From Candidatus Kerfeldbacteria bacterium (GTDB lineage: Bacteria; Patescibacteriota; Patescibacteriia; UBA10025; JAHIVO01), in assembly GCA_016214565.1 (NCBI GenBank), contig JACROE010000002.1:792007-856006 (forward strand): 64,000 nt of DNA. The letters run 5' to 3'. Position numbers and translations under genes: made by a program. This document shows positions 29,773 to 41,564 of the stretch, one piece after another. The notes under the pieces are model-generated. The model worked only from the letters and a program-made list of their open reading frames with translations. It did not search any database and was not told the DNA's origin. Position 1 is the stretch's first letter, and each line of letters starts with the position of its first letter.

Positions 29773-30846
29773 ATGCCATCTGATATTCTTGTTGCCATTA
29801 TTGGAGTGCTCATCCTGATTGGGGTGGTGGTTTTGATAGTGAATGCACGGAAGCAATTGGGAACCGGCGACGTATCGCCGGAGTTTTTTGAGAAGATGGT
29901 ACGATTAGAAGAGCGGATTACCCAGCTTAATGAAAAAAGCGGAGAAATGTCTCGCATGATGGACACGAAGCTTGGTGAATCAACCCGTGCCATCCAAGCG
30001 CAATTTGGGGAATCAGCGAAAATAGTGCAACACGTGACCGAGAAATTAACTCGTTTGGATGAAACCAACCGGCAGGTGCTCAATTTTTCTGATCAGCTCA
30101 AACGCCTCCAAGACACCCTGACGAATCCAAAACAGCGCGGGATCTTGGGTGAGTATTATTTGGAGGAAACGCTTAAAAATGTTTTACCGCCAAACTCGTA
30201 TCAAATGCAATACAAGTTTAAGGACGGCGAAATCGTCGATGCGGTGGTTTTTGTCAAAGACAAGATAATTCCAGTTGACTCGAAATTTTCACTAGAAAAT
30301 TACCAGCGCGTCTTGGACGCACCGGATGATGCTTCGCGTGAGCACTATGAAAAGCAGTTTAAGATTGACTTGAAAAATCGTATCGATGAAACTGCCAAAT
30401 ATGTTCGTCCGAGCGAAAAGACGATGGAATTCGCTTTCATGTTTATTCCCTCTGAAGCGATTTATTATGATCTGTTAGTTAATAAAGTTGGTGTCGTAAA
30501 AGTGGCCACACGGGATTTGATAGAATACGCGTTCAAAGAAAAGCATGTCGTGATTGTTTCGCCCACCAGTTTCTTAGCTTATTTGCAGACAGTCTTGCAA
30601 GGTTTACGGGCAATGCAGATTGAGGAATCAGCGGAAGAGATTCGGAAGAATGTGGAGGTATTATCGAAACACATCATGGCGTATGACAGCTATTTGCAAA
30701 AGCTCGGTCAGCATTTAGGCACTACCGTGAATACATATAACACTGCCTATAAAGAATTCAAAAAAATTGATAAGGACGTGGTAAAGATCGCCCAAAAGGG
30801 CGGAGAGGTCATACCGATAGAACTGCCACGCCCGCAGGACGAGTAA
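29773..30846 (+). CDS. rmuC: DNA recombination protein RmuC
   Basis: N-terminal TM, a long coiled-coil, and C-terminal motifs FAFMFIPSEAIYYDLL and VVIVSPTSFLAYLQ. Confidence 0.7.
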   Translation: MPSDILVAIIGVLILIGVVVLIVNARKQLGTGDVSPEFFEKMVRLEERITQLNEKSGEMSRMMDTKLGESTRAIQAQFGESAKIVQHVTEKLTRLDETNRQVLNFSDQLKRLQDTLTNPKQRGILGEYYLEETLKNVLPPNSYQMQYKFKDGEIVDAVVFVKDKIIPVDSKFSLENYQRVLDAPDDASREHYEKQFKIDLKNRIDETAKYVRPSEKTMEFAFMFIPSEAIYYDLLVNKVGVVKVATRDLIEYAFKEKHVVIVSPTSFLAYLQTVLQGLRAMQIEESAEEIRKNVEVLSKHIMAYDSYLQKLGQHLGTTVNTYNTAYKEFKKIDKDVVKIAQKGGEVIPIELPRPQDE

Positions 30847-30853
30847 TATCCAT

Positions 30854-31249
30854 ATGGAAGAAACATCAATGCAAGCACAGCCAAATTCCCGTCAGATATT
30901 TTTTTGGCGGGTGGTGATTGGCGTGATGGGTACGTTGGGCGTGGGCGTCATTGTATTTATCATTTGGATGATTGTTACTTATTTCCAGGCGAATGCCTGG
31001 GCGCGGGTGCCGGCCTGCGGTGAACTGCGCAGTACTGCCGCTACACAGCAACTGCTGCAGCAATCCGCTGGACAGATTGACGGTATTAACGAGCGCGGAG
31101 GCAGCGATGTCGCTGTAAGTCCTCGCAGCGATTGCCCGGGCAAAGCCGTTATTCAAATGTATTATGGTACCCATAGCCAGGGCAGCGCTATTCGCGAGTT
31201 CCTCGGTGATACGTTTAATGGAGTGCCGTATCAAATGATGAATATATAA
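30854..31249 (+). CDS. Hypothetical membrane-anchored protein
   Basis: One N-terminal TM helix; immediately precedes the ABC ATPase. Confidence 0.35.
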   Translation: MEETSMQAQPNSRQIFFWRVVIGVMGTLGVGVIVFIIWMIVTYFQANAWARVPACGELRSTAATQQLLQQSAGQIDGINERGGSDVAVSPRSDCPGKAVIQMYYGTHSQGSAIREFLGDTFNGVPYQMMNI

Positions 31250-31255
31250 GTCATC

Positions 31256-32062
31256 ATGTTATCCGTTCAAGGGTTAACAAAAAAATTTAACGATTTTACC
31301 GCCGTCAATGATATCTCTTTCGAGGCGCACGCCGGTGAGATTTTTGGCTTGCTTGGACCCAATGGCGCGGGTAAAACAACCACCATCCGCGTCATAGCGA
31401 CTGTGTTGCAACCAACTAGCGGTACGGCCACGGTGGCTGGTTTTGATATTGTGCAGCAGCCGGAAGAGGTTCGGCGGAACATTGGGTTACTGACCGCTGA
31501 CATCGGCCTGTATGACCGCTTCACGGCACGGGAGAATCTCCGCTATTTTGGCCGGTTGTACGGCATGGGCGGGGAGTCACTTGAGAATCGCATCAATGAT
31601 TTAGTTCGAATTTTGCACATGGAGCGATTTGCCGATCGCCGGGCGGGAAAATTTTCTACGGGCATGAAGCAGAAAGTGGCTATTGGCCGTTCGATTATCC
31701 ACGACCCAAAAGTTATCATGTTTGACGAACCAACTGCAGGACTGGATGTGCTCGCGGCACAAACGGTTATTGCTTTCATGCAGCAAGCGCGGGCAATGAA
31801 GAAATTAGTTGTACTGTCGACTCACGATATGTTTGACGCGGAGAAATTGTGCGATCGAGTTGCCATAATTCACCGTTCAGCACTGGTAGCGGAGGGTTCA
31901 GTTAAAGAACTTTTGGCACAGACAAAGCAATCAAATCTTGAAGCGGCTTTCACGAGTATCGTGGGCACCGAAGCAATGTTTGAGGCGCAAGCGGCAGCTG
32001 AAGAGAAACAGTTAGCCATGATGAACAGTAAAAAGAAAGGTTTGTTTGGTCGATGGAAATAA
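31256..32062 (+). CDS. ABC transporter ATP-binding protein
   Basis: Walker [14 protein letters not shown] signature, Walker B and H-loop (LSTHDM). Confidence 0.85.
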   Translation: MLSVQGLTKKFNDFTAVNDISFEAHAGEIFGLLGPNGAGKTTTIRVIATVLQPTSGTATVAGFDIVQQPEEVRRNIGLLTADIGLYDRFTARENLRYFGRLYGMGGESLENRINDLVRILHMERFADRRAGKFSTGMKQKVAIGRSIIHDPKVIMFDEPTAGLDVLAAQTVIAFMQQARAMKKLVVLSTHDMFDAEKLCDRVAIIHRSALVAEGSVKELLAQTKQSNLEAAFTSIVGTEAMFEAQAAAEEKQLAMMNSKKKGLFGRWK

Positions 32063-33251
32063 TATGAAAGAAATTTTAACGGTTTGTACAAAAGAATTAT
32101 TGGATAATATTCGCGACCGGCGGACGCTGATGACGGCTATCCTCATGCCCATTATCCTCATGCCAATTATCCTTATTGGTTCATTTAAATTGCAGGAATA
32201 TCAAATCAAGCAAGCTGAAGAAAAAGTCGCCATCGTTGCGTTAAGTGATCAAGCGGTTTCTCCAGTGTTAACCGAGTATCTCAAATCGCAGGATAAGATA
32301 GAACTTGCCCCGACAACTGACTATGCAGCAGATATTGAGGCAGGTACTCTGGCCCTATATATTGAAGTACCCGAATCATTTCAGTCATCGCTTGATGCTG
32401 AGGTGCCAACCTCATTGATCATTCATTATAAGAGTTCAAAGACTGACTCAACCACAGCATTAACGAAAGTGATGGCGGTTTTGGAATCATTTAACCAAAT
32501 TGAGGCGACACAACGTCTAACGGCAAAAGGTCTTGATCCGCAATTGATGACCAGCGTTATTCCCCAAGCTCAAGATATCGCCTCAGCAGAAGAGCGTGGC
32601 GGTTTCTTTGTCGGATTTCTGTTACCCATGTTTATTGTTATCTTTGCCATTGTCGGTGGCATGTATGTGGCGATCGACGTGTCAGCTGGGGAAAAAGAGC
32701 GAAAAACATTAGAAGCATTACTGTTGGTGCCTATATCGCGGTTCAAAATTGTGATGGGCAAATATCTTGCAGTTACAGTTATGGCAGTAGTTACCATCAT
32801 GTTGTCGATTGCCTCGTTGTATACTTCATTTAGATTCTATACGCCGAGTCTGGGGGCAGAGGGGGATATCGTAATTAATCTGACCCCAGGTGCCATTGGG
32901 GTGATGCTTGGGATTGGTGCGATTTTGGCTGTGATGTTTTCTGGATTGTTACTTTCAGTGGCTATTTTTGCAAAAAGCTATAAAGAGGCACAAAATTATA
33001 TTTCGCCATTTTATTTATTAGCGGTGCTACCGGTTGGGATTGCTAATTCTTTGCCTAGTTTTCAGCCAAGTTTGATTATGTTTGTGATTCCTGGTATGAA
33101 TGCCGTATTTGTCATGAAAGAAGTGTTATTAGGAATATATGATTGGCCGCATATTGTCGTTACGCTTGTTTCTTTATTGGTTTTTGCGGGAGCAGGGATC
33201 ATCGTGGCAAGTAAGATTTATTCTAGGGAAGGCATCCTGTTTCGGGATTAA
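32046..33251 (+). CDS. ABC-2 type transporter permease
   Basis: Six TM helices downstream of the ABC ATPase with a 17-nt overlap. It contains a tandem duplication reading MPIILMPIIL. Confidence 0.6.
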   Translation: MVDGNNMKEILTVCTKELLDNIRDRRTLMTAILMPIILMPIILIGSFKLQEYQIKQAEEKVAIVALSDQAVSPVLTEYLKSQDKIELAPTTDYAADIEAGTLALYIEVPESFQSSLDAEVPTSLIIHYKSSKTDSTTALTKVMAVLESFNQIEATQRLTAKGLDPQLMTSVIPQAQDIASAEERGGFFVGFLLPMFIVIFAIVGGMYVAIDVSAGEKERKTLEALLLVPISRFKIVMGKYLAVTVMAVVTIMLSIASLYTSFRFYTPSLGAEGDIVINLTPGAIGVMLGIGAILAVMFSGLLLSVAIFAKSYKEAQNYISPFYLLAVLPVGIANSLPSFQPSLIMFVIPGMNAVFVMKEVLLGIYDWPHIVVTLVSLLVFAGAGIIVASKIYSREGILFRD

Positions 33252-33355
33252 AAAGTTGTAAAATTCGCTTTACTTTCGTCTTGACGAGACGGGCTGGTTT
33301 CGCTATGGTGGCGCTAGGAAAACAAGCGACAATTCAAACAAACAGAGGCCATTCC

Positions 33356-33775
33356 ATGCAAATTTCCAACGTCCAGCGTACCATTGCCCGTGCGGTGATC
33401 GGGTACTTTTTCCGAGAGGAAAATTCCGGGTATATCGGTGAAACGAAAGTATATAACTTTTTTCGGTCAGGAATTCCATCGACAAAAACACCGGTTCCGG
33501 TAGTGAGATTGCCCAGCGATCGGCTGATTGATTTGCCTATTGGTTTTGCTGATCCAGTCAGTCTGTGTTGGTATCTCGAGGAGGCGTTAGGCATCCCCCG
33601 CATTCCCCGCGAGCGTCGCCGGCGGATCCCTACCGTTGAGGACATCCAGGATCTTCCGGTACTCGCCAATCGACATGCTGATTTCGATATGACGATCGAA
33701 TCGTTTGCCCGTGGCTTAGCTACCTGGCTCAAGCGTCGTCATCCTGACGTATTACAGCGATTGCACGTCGCGTAA
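33356..33775 (+). CDS. Hypothetical protein (139 aa)
   Basis: AGAGG Shine-Dalgarno; TTGACG-N17-TATGGT upstream; followed by the hairpin CCCCACG...CGTGGGG. Confidence 0.4.
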   Translation: MQISNVQRTIARAVIGYFFREENSGYIGETKVYNFFRSGIPSTKTPVPVVRLPSDRLIDLPIGFADPVSLCWYLEEALGIPRIPRERRRRIPTVEDIQDLPVLANRHADFDMTIESFARGLATWLKRRHPDVLQRLHVA

Positions 33776-33857
33776 CCTGGCTTTTCGCCAGACAAAATGC
33801 ACCCCACGTTGTTCATATGATCAGCGTGGGGTTTCTTATAATTGGTTGTATCGGTTG

Positions 33858-34124
33858 TTAACCGATCTGAAGTTCGGCAAAGAGCGTGCCGGCCATTTCG
33901 TGAAAATCCACGATCCGTCCCTGGTGGGAGGTGGGGGGCTGGTTGAAGCGTTCACGAGCGATGTCCACGGTGCGGTTTGTGTGGCTTTCGATGATCTGCC
34001 GTTGATCGGGAGTGATGGCAATTTTGATGGTGCCATTTGGGAGTGCGCGATTGATGAGAACATTCGCGCTCGGGACAGTTAGGCTATGATTTTTGCCTGG
34101 AAACTTGGAAACGACAAGGTGCAT
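33858..34124 (-). CDS. Hypothetical 88-aa protein
   Basis: CCACTGGAGGTTTCTC then ATG gives a strong Shine-Dalgarno. No homolog recognised. Confidence 0.35.
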   Translation of the reverse strand: MHLVVSKFPGKNHSLTVPSANVLINRALPNGTIKIAITPDQRQIIESHTNRTVDIARERFNQPPTSHQGRIVDFHEMAGTLFAELQIG

Positions 34125-34201
34125 GAGAAACCTCCAGTGGTGGGGCTAAGGTTGAGTGTTAGCTACACTCTATCAGTCATTTGGCGTATGTCAATATCAT
34201 T

Positions 34202-34234
34202 ATAAAAAACCCGCCAAACTCTTTGTTTGACGGG
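34202..34234 (-). terminator. Rho-independent terminator (minus strand)
   Basis: Stem CCCGCCAAAC/GTTTGACGGG with one mismatch, followed on the minus strand by TTTTTTAT. Confidence 0.55.
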
Positions 34235-34258
34235 TTGATGATAGTTAGCTCTACAGTC

Positions 34259-34474
34259 TTACACGTGGAAAACCACTACGGCGACATTTGGGTTATCGGT
34301 ACACGGAGAGATGCAGCCAACTTGGTTGTCGTGTGAATTTTTCTCGAAAATCCACAAGATGGTTTGATTCAACGGTTGGGGAAAGGGCGGCTTCCGGATG
34401 GTATATCCGGCCTGTCGGAGCTGCCGGGTGGCGCGGCGGCTTGCTCGGCGATATGCGCTATTGTGTGGTGCCAT
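34259..34474 (-). CDS. Candidate 71-aa Arg-rich small protein; alternatively part of a structured RNA
   Basis: TGGAGGACAAAACCC then ATG. The region is GC-rich (~60%) in a ~45% GC genome and is bracketed by two minus-strand terminators. Confidence 0.25.
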   Translation of the reverse strand: MAPHNSAYRRASRRATRQLRQAGYTIRKPPFPQPLNQTILWIFEKNSHDNQVGCISPCTDNPNVAVVVFHV

Positions 34475-34978
34475 GGGTTTTGTCCTCCAAGAACGATGTT
34501 TGTATGATTTTTATTTAATTACACAAAAAAATCTCCGATGTACGGAGATAGTAATGATTGAATATTATCTTCCCCGTGAACGGGCAGGAATGAGCACCTT
34601 TCGATTCCTCAAAAAAAGAGGAGGCCCGTTCGGCTTCATCCGGCATTGCCGGATTCCGCTCAGGGCACTTCGTGGTTGCTGGAACGGCATTGGGCCTGAT
34701 CCCTTTGCATCCGTTCACTCTTGATAATGTTAATTGTTAATGTGTGAATATCAGGCTATCACAAATTAAAAATAATTGTCAAAATGATTTTTATAAATTG
34801 TACTAAGGTTAGCGAAAATCACATGATCCACCCATTTTTTAAAAGTCTGGGTCTTGATTTATTCGCCGACTTGTACTAGTATGAAGTCCATCTTAAGGTT
34901 AAAAACTGTTAGTATTTCTCTAACCTTAGCGATTAATTGTACTTTTGACCTATCGAATTTATCCGCCAGAAATTTTCT

Positions 34979-35257
34979 ATGGAGAAACCTATTGAAAAAG
35001 CATGGTGGCAGCCAGCACTTGCGGTATTTGGTGAAGTTACCGGCTGGATCGTCGCACCGATTTTATTGGCGCTTTTTGGCGGTCGGTGGCTCGATGAGCG
35101 ATTCCAGACTGACCCCTGGTTTTATCTGGGATTGACGGCACTGGCCGTTACGATTACCGTCGTCGGTTTAGTCAAAATTGGAGGAAAATATATTCGACAA
35201 GTCGAAAACATGAAAACAACTAAGAAGCCAGATGAGCGAAACAACCGAACAACTTGA
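34979..35257 (+). CDS. AtpZ/AtpI-like small membrane protein of the ATP synthase operon
   Basis: Two TM helices; the first gene of the atp cluster; overlaps the atpB start. Confidence 0.45.
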   Translation: MEKPIEKAWWQPALAVFGEVTGWIVAPILLALFGGRWLDERFQTDPWFYLGLTALAVTITVVGLVKIGGKYIRQVENMKTTKKPDERNNRTT

Positions 35258-36134
35258 AGTGACCGTCCAAAACACCGATACGACTATCGGCGGGGTGGAG
35301 GCTGCCGTGGCAGAAACTGAAACGACGACCGAGGCTGGCCATGAGCCGACATTATTTGCCGAACCGATTGCGCATCTTGGCGGTTTTACGGTCACTAATT
35401 CATTATTGAATTCATGGTTAGCCGTTGCCATCATTTGTCTCTTAGCATTTTTTGTGAGTCGAAAAGTGAAGCAAATCCCGCGCGGTATTCAGAATGTATT
35501 TGAAATAGTCGTTGATGGCGCTATGAAGCTGGCTGATTCCGTGACGGGCAAGCGGGCTATAACCGAGAAAATATTTCCTTTTGTTTTTACGCTTTTCCTG
35601 TTTGTATTAATCAACAATTGGCTGGGGTTAATCCCGGGCATTGGTTCCATCGGTTTTCTAGAAATGGAAGAAGGGCATGAAATATTTGTTCCGCTGTTTC
35701 GTGGTGGTACCGCCGATTTGAATACGACGTTAGCACTCGCCATATTCACCGTGATTGGTTCGAACGTGTTTGGCATTTTGATTGTCGGCGGATGGAAATA
35801 TTTTAATAAATTCGTCAATGTACAAGCGTTGGTTGCAATTCCCGGGAAAGTGATCAAGGAGCCCACGTCAATTATTGTGAATCCTATTAAGTTTTTTGTC
35901 GGCATTATTGAAATTATTGGAGAGGTGGCAAAGATTGCCTCACTGTCATTCCGGTTATTTGGTAATATATTTGCAGGTGAAGTATTATTGGCCTCGATGG
36001 CGGTGATATTTGCGTTTGTGTTGCCCATCCCATTTATGTTTTTGGAAATCATTGTTGGTTTGATTCAAGCCCTGATATTCAGTATGCTGACGTTGGTGTA
36101 TTTCTCAGTAGCTGCCTCTAGTGAAGAGCACTAG
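35232..36134 (+). CDS. atpB: ATP synthase F0 subunit a
   Basis: FRLFGNIFAGEVLL with the essential Arg; five TM helices; unusual ~60-aa acidic/Thr-rich N-terminal extension. Confidence 0.8.
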   Translation: MSETTEQLEVTVQNTDTTIGGVEAAVAETETTTEAGHEPTLFAEPIAHLGGFTVTNSLLNSWLAVAIICLLAFFVSRKVKQIPRGIQNVFEIVVDGAMKLADSVTGKRAITEKIFPFVFTLFLFVLINNWLGLIPGIGSIGFLEMEEGHEIFVPLFRGGTADLNTTLALAIFTVIGSNVFGILIVGGWKYFNKFVNVQALVAIPGKVIKEPTSIIVNPIKFFVGIIEIIGEVAKIASLSFRLFGNIFAGEVLLASMAVIFAFVLPIPFMFLEIIVGLIQALIFSMLTLVYFSVAASSEEH

Positions 36135-36208
36135 TTCATTTCATTAATTAATCAAGTACAGTCAGGTCACCGACGTAAAACTCAAAATATACCGTCGAGT
36201 AGGCATGA

Positions 36209-36454
<246 letters not shown>

Positions 36455-36534
36455 TCAATTAACCATCAGTTGTCCAATTGCCCTACGGGTGCTGGACAAC
36501 TGCGGTTAGCAGATTAATCACTACAACATTATTT

Positions 36535-37044
36535 ATGGAAGAATTGGTACAAACATTTCACATTGATTGGAAATTACTCATTGCCCAGCTGATCAATTTT
36601 GGTATTGTTTTGGCAGTGTTATATTTCTTCGCCCTGAAACCATTATTGAAAATAATGAACAAGCGCTCGTCAGATATTGAACAGAGCCTGACCGATGCCA
36701 AACGCATCGAAGAACAATTGAAATCTGCTGAAGTAGAAAAAGAAAAGATTGTTACGGAAGCAAAAAAAGAAGCGCAGATTATTGCGGCACAAGCAGTCGC
36801 CGAAGCAGAAAAAATCCGCGAAGCAAAAGTGCATCAGACTCGCGAGGAAATGGAACGGATGACCGAGCGCGCTAAGCAGGAGATTGCCTCTGAGAAAGAT
36901 CAGATGCTTAAAGAAGCCAAACAAGAACTAGCTGATTTGGTCGTCACCGCCAGTGCTAAAGTTATTGGAAAAGAATTAGACGCGAAAACTCATCATACCT
37001 TAATTCAGAATACGATTACTCACGCTTCTGATAAACATGTCTAA
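36535..37044 (+). CDS. atpF: ATP synthase F0 subunit b
   Basis: N-terminal TM followed by a long charged helix; start taken at the internal ATG of MEELVQTF. Confidence 0.75.
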   Translation: MEELVQTFHIDWKLLIAQLINFGIVLAVLYFFALKPLLKIMNKRSSDIEQSLTDAKRIEEQLKSAEVEKEKIVTEAKKEAQIIAAQAVAEAEKIREAKVHQTREEMERMTERAKQEIASEKDQMLKEAKQELADLVVTASAKVIGKELDAKTHHTLIQNTITHASDKHV

Positions 37045-37438
37045 GATTACTCCCCGACAATACGCCGTAAGTTTATACGAGTCTGTGGTAGGTAAGACTC
37101 ATGCTCAGATTGAACCATTGCTGCACTCATTTTTGGCTTTACTGCAGGAACACCGGGCGTTGTCACAGGCGGATAAAATTTTGACCGCCTTTCGTACGTA
37201 TGCCTATCAGCAAGAAGACATCGTGGCCGTGACGGCTACGACCGCGCATGAGATTGATCACGCTACGACCGCATCGATTATTAAAAGCTTAGAAAGCGCA
37301 TTGGACAAGAAAGTGGTATTGCAGCCAGCGGTTGATCCAGAGCAGATTGGCGGATTGAAAGTGCGATTTGGCGATGTGGTGGTTGACGGCAGTATTCGTA
37401 CAAAATTAGCGGCATTGAAAGATCATTTGCAAAAATAA
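37037..37438 (+). CDS. atpH: ATP synthase F1 subunit delta (short form, 133 aa)
   Basis: OSCP-like C-terminus GGLKVRFGDVVVDGSIRTKLAALKD. Confidence 0.65.
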   Translation: MSKITPRQYAVSLYESVVGKTHAQIEPLLHSFLALLQEHRALSQADKILTAFRTYAYQQEDIVAVTATTAHEIDHATTASIIKSLESALDKKVVLQPAVDPEQIGGLKVRFGDVVVDGSIRTKLAALKDHLQK

Positions 37439-37680
37439 AAAGGAGCCGATCATTATGACCGACTCCAGTGAGAGAGGGGACGGCGTAGGCATCTACGCGA
37501 TAATCATGAACCACATCTTGCACAGTGGATTCAGGCATTCAAGCCAACCAGTTCCCTGACAGGGGGCCTGACAATGCGGGCAGTTGCACTCATGTGCTTC
37601 CATGTATAACCTCCAATCTAAACGTTAAGAACTATTTTAATCAATATTTTACCTAATACCCTAGCACAGTTAATAAAAAT

Positions 37681-39201
37681 ATGTCAAACACAGACTACAT
37701 CATCGAAGAATTGAAAAAGCGGATTGCTGATTTCAAAGCTGACACCAAAACCGAAAAGGTTGGGACAGTCGAAGAGATCGGAGACGGCATTGTCCGTTTA
37801 TCTGGTTTGTCTGACGTACAAGCGTCGGAAATGATTGAATTACCCGGTGATAAATATGGCGTGGCGTTAAACCTCGAAACTGATACCGTCGGCGCTATTA
37901 TCCTCGGTGATCAAGAAGGTATCAAAGAGGGTGACACTGCCAAGAGTACTGGCCGTATTCTGGAAGTGCCGGTCGGTGATGCTATGGTAGGTCGGGTGGT
38001 GAACCCATTAGGGCAGGCGATTGATGGTAAAGGTGATATTAAAACTGATACGTATTATCCAGTGGAAAAAATTGCTCCACGTGTTATTACCCGAAAATCA
38101 GTTGATACACCACTCCAAACTGGCGTCAAAGCAATTGATTCTATGATTCCGATTGGTCGTGGCCAACGTGAATTGATCATCGGCGACCGTCAAGTGGGTA
38201 AGACCGCCATCGGAATTGATACGATTGTCAATCAAAAAGGCACGGGGGTTATCTGTATCTACGTGGCGATTGGCCAAAAAGAATCAAAGATTGCAAAGAT
38301 TGTGGCTGAACTTGAGCAGGCGGGTGCCATGGATCACACAATTATCGTGGTAGCCGGCGCATCTGATCCAGCCTCATTGGCCTATATCGCGCCCTACGCC
38401 GGATGCGCTATGGGTGAATATTTCATGGACCAAGGCAAAGACGCTTTGATTATTTATGATGATTTGTCCAAACACGCTTGGGCGTATCGCGAAATTTCAT
38501 TGTTGCTCCGACGGCCACCAGGTCGTGAAGCCTATCCTGGTGACGTGTTCTATCTTCACTCACGGTTATTGGAACGCGCGGCGCGCTTAAACGAGAAATA
38601 CGGTGGTGGCAGCTTAACCGCGTTACCGATTATTGAAACGCAAGCAGGTGATATCTCAGCCTATATTCCGACTAACGTGATTTCCATTACTGATGGCCAG
38701 ATTTACCTTGAGCCCGATTTGTTCTACCAGGGTATCCGTCCAGCCCTAAACGTCGGTTTGTCAGTGTCACGTGTCGGTTCGGCCGCACAGATCAAAGCCA
38801 TGAAGAAAGTTGCAGGTAAATTACGTTTGGACCTGGCGCAATATCGAGAACTGGCCGCCTTCGCCCAATTTGGTTCGGATCTGGATGAGGCAACCCGCAA
38901 GCAATTAGAGCGCGGTAAACGATTGACGGAGATTCTCAAACAGAATCAATACCAACCAATGCCGGTAGAGCACCAAGTCGCTATCATTTACACCGCCGTC
39001 AATGGTTACCTGGATGACGTAGCGCCGGAAAAAATTCGTGAATTTGAAGAAGCGTTCCACCAGTATCTCAATGCCTCGCACGCTGATCTCATGAAACGGA
39101 TTGTCACGGAAAAGGAAATGAAAGAAGATTTGGAGAAGCAATTGATTGGCGCGATTGAGGATTTCAAAAAGACGACCGCGTTTGTCACGCCAGCTGCATA
39201 A
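37681..39201 (+). CDS. atpA: ATP synthase F1 subunit alpha
   Basis: Walker A GDRQVGKT plus alpha-subunit motifs throughout. Confidence 0.95.
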   Translation: MSNTDYIIEELKKRIADFKADTKTEKVGTVEEIGDGIVRLSGLSDVQASEMIELPGDKYGVALNLETDTVGAIILGDQEGIKEGDTAKSTGRILEVPVGDAMVGRVVNPLGQAIDGKGDIKTDTYYPVEKIAPRVITRKSVDTPLQTGVKAIDSMIPIGRGQRELIIGDRQVGKTAIGIDTIVNQKGTGVICIYVAIGQKESKIAKIVAELEQAGAMDHTIIVVAGASDPASLAYIAPYAGCAMGEYFMDQGKDALIIYDDLSKHAWAYREISLLLRRPPGREAYPGDVFYLHSRLLERAARLNEKYGGGSLTALPIIETQAGDISAYIPTNVISITDGQIYLEPDLFYQGIRPALNVGLSVSRVGSAAQIKAMKKVAGKLRLDLAQYRELAAFAQFGSDLDEATRKQLERGKRLTEILKQNQYQPMPVEHQVAIIYTAVNGYLDDVAPEKIREFEEAFHQYLNASHADLMKRIVTEKEMKEDLEKQLIGAIEDFKKTTAFVTPAA

Positions 39202-39219
39202 TTAGTTACAAACGATACC

Positions 39220-40107
39220 ATGCCTTCAGGCACAAAAGAAATTCAACGACGCATCCGTTCCGTCACCAACACTAAAAAAATTACCAAGGCGATGGAACTT
39301 GTTTCGGCTGCAAAAATGCGCCGCGCGGTGCAAGCCGTGCTTGCGACGCGCCAGTATGCCCGGACGGCATGGAATATCGTGCAGGATTTAGCGGCCAAGA
39401 CCGATCCCGAACAGCACCAGCTCCTGCAAACCCGTGAGAAAATCCAGCGAATTGGAATGATTATGATCACGTCAAATCGAGGTCTGTGTGGTGGATTTAA
39501 TCGGGAATTAGTCGAAACCGCTGGTAATTACGCATCCGCTCAAGGAGTGCCTGTCGACGTCATTTTGATGGGCAAAAAGGGGAGCACGATTCAGCGTCAG
39601 GGACATACCATCGTGGCTGATTTTGATAAGTTGGACGTTGCCGAAAGCGTCCGGGATGTACAAGCCATGGCGCGAATGGTCATCACTGATTATCTAGATG
39701 GGAAATATGACAAGATTGCCATTGCCTATACTGATTACCAGTCAGCTATCAAGCAAACGCCGCATATCCGACAGTTGCTGCCAATAATTAAAGAGGACGC
39801 CGAATTAGGGCAGACAGAGGGTGCGGCCGAGATAGCTACGAAACAGGACTTTGAATATATGTTTGAACCGTCACCGGCCGCTGTCCTGCAGGCGATGTTA
39901 TATCGGTTAACCGAATTGCAGGTCTATCAAGCATTGCTCGAGTCAAATGCATCTGAGCATTCAGCTCGTATGTTCTCGATGCGCAATGCATCTGATGCCG
40001 CTACTGATATGATCAAAGATTTGACACTTACATTTAATCAAGCCCGCCAGCAAAGCATTACCAGTGAATTGGCTGAAATCAGTGCCAGTCGAGCGGCAAT
40101 CACTTAA
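39220..40107 (+). CDS. atpG: ATP synthase F1 subunit gamma
   Basis: N-terminal IRRRIRSVTNTKKITKAMELVSAAKMRRA and C-terminal ITSELAEI helix. Confidence 0.85.
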   Translation: MPSGTKEIQRRIRSVTNTKKITKAMELVSAAKMRRAVQAVLATRQYARTAWNIVQDLAAKTDPEQHQLLQTREKIQRIGMIMITSNRGLCGGFNRELVETAGNYASAQGVPVDVILMGKKGSTIQRQGHTIVADFDKLDVAESVRDVQAMARMVITDYLDGKYDKIAIAYTDYQSAIKQTPHIRQLLPIIKEDAELGQTEGAAEIATKQDFEYMFEPSPAAVLQAMLYRLTELQVYQALLESNASEHSARMFSMRNASDAATDMIKDLTLTFNQARQQSITSELAEISASRAAIT

Positions 40108-40140
40108 TTTAATTTGATATTATTAATTTTGTTACCGTAA

Positions 40141-41541
<1,401 letters not shown>

Positions 41542-41564
41542 ACACGCGTAAATAGTCAATCACT

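Noticed and set aside
34590-34610. tRNA-like T-loop sequence TTTCGATTCC
   Set aside because: The flanking bases do not form a T-stem, and there is no D-arm, anticodon arm or acceptor stem in either orientation. No tRNA genes were found in the window.
34398-34724. 108-aa plus-strand ORF in the GC-rich region
   Set aside because: Only the last 56 codons (from ATG 34554) have a ribosome-binding site. The upstream part runs across two terminator hairpins and through the antisense 34259..34474 ORF. The region is more likely non-coding RNA.
35489-36052. 187-aa minus-strand ORF
   Set aside because: It is antisense to atpB, whose identity is unambiguous. The hydrophobic composition is a mirror artefact.
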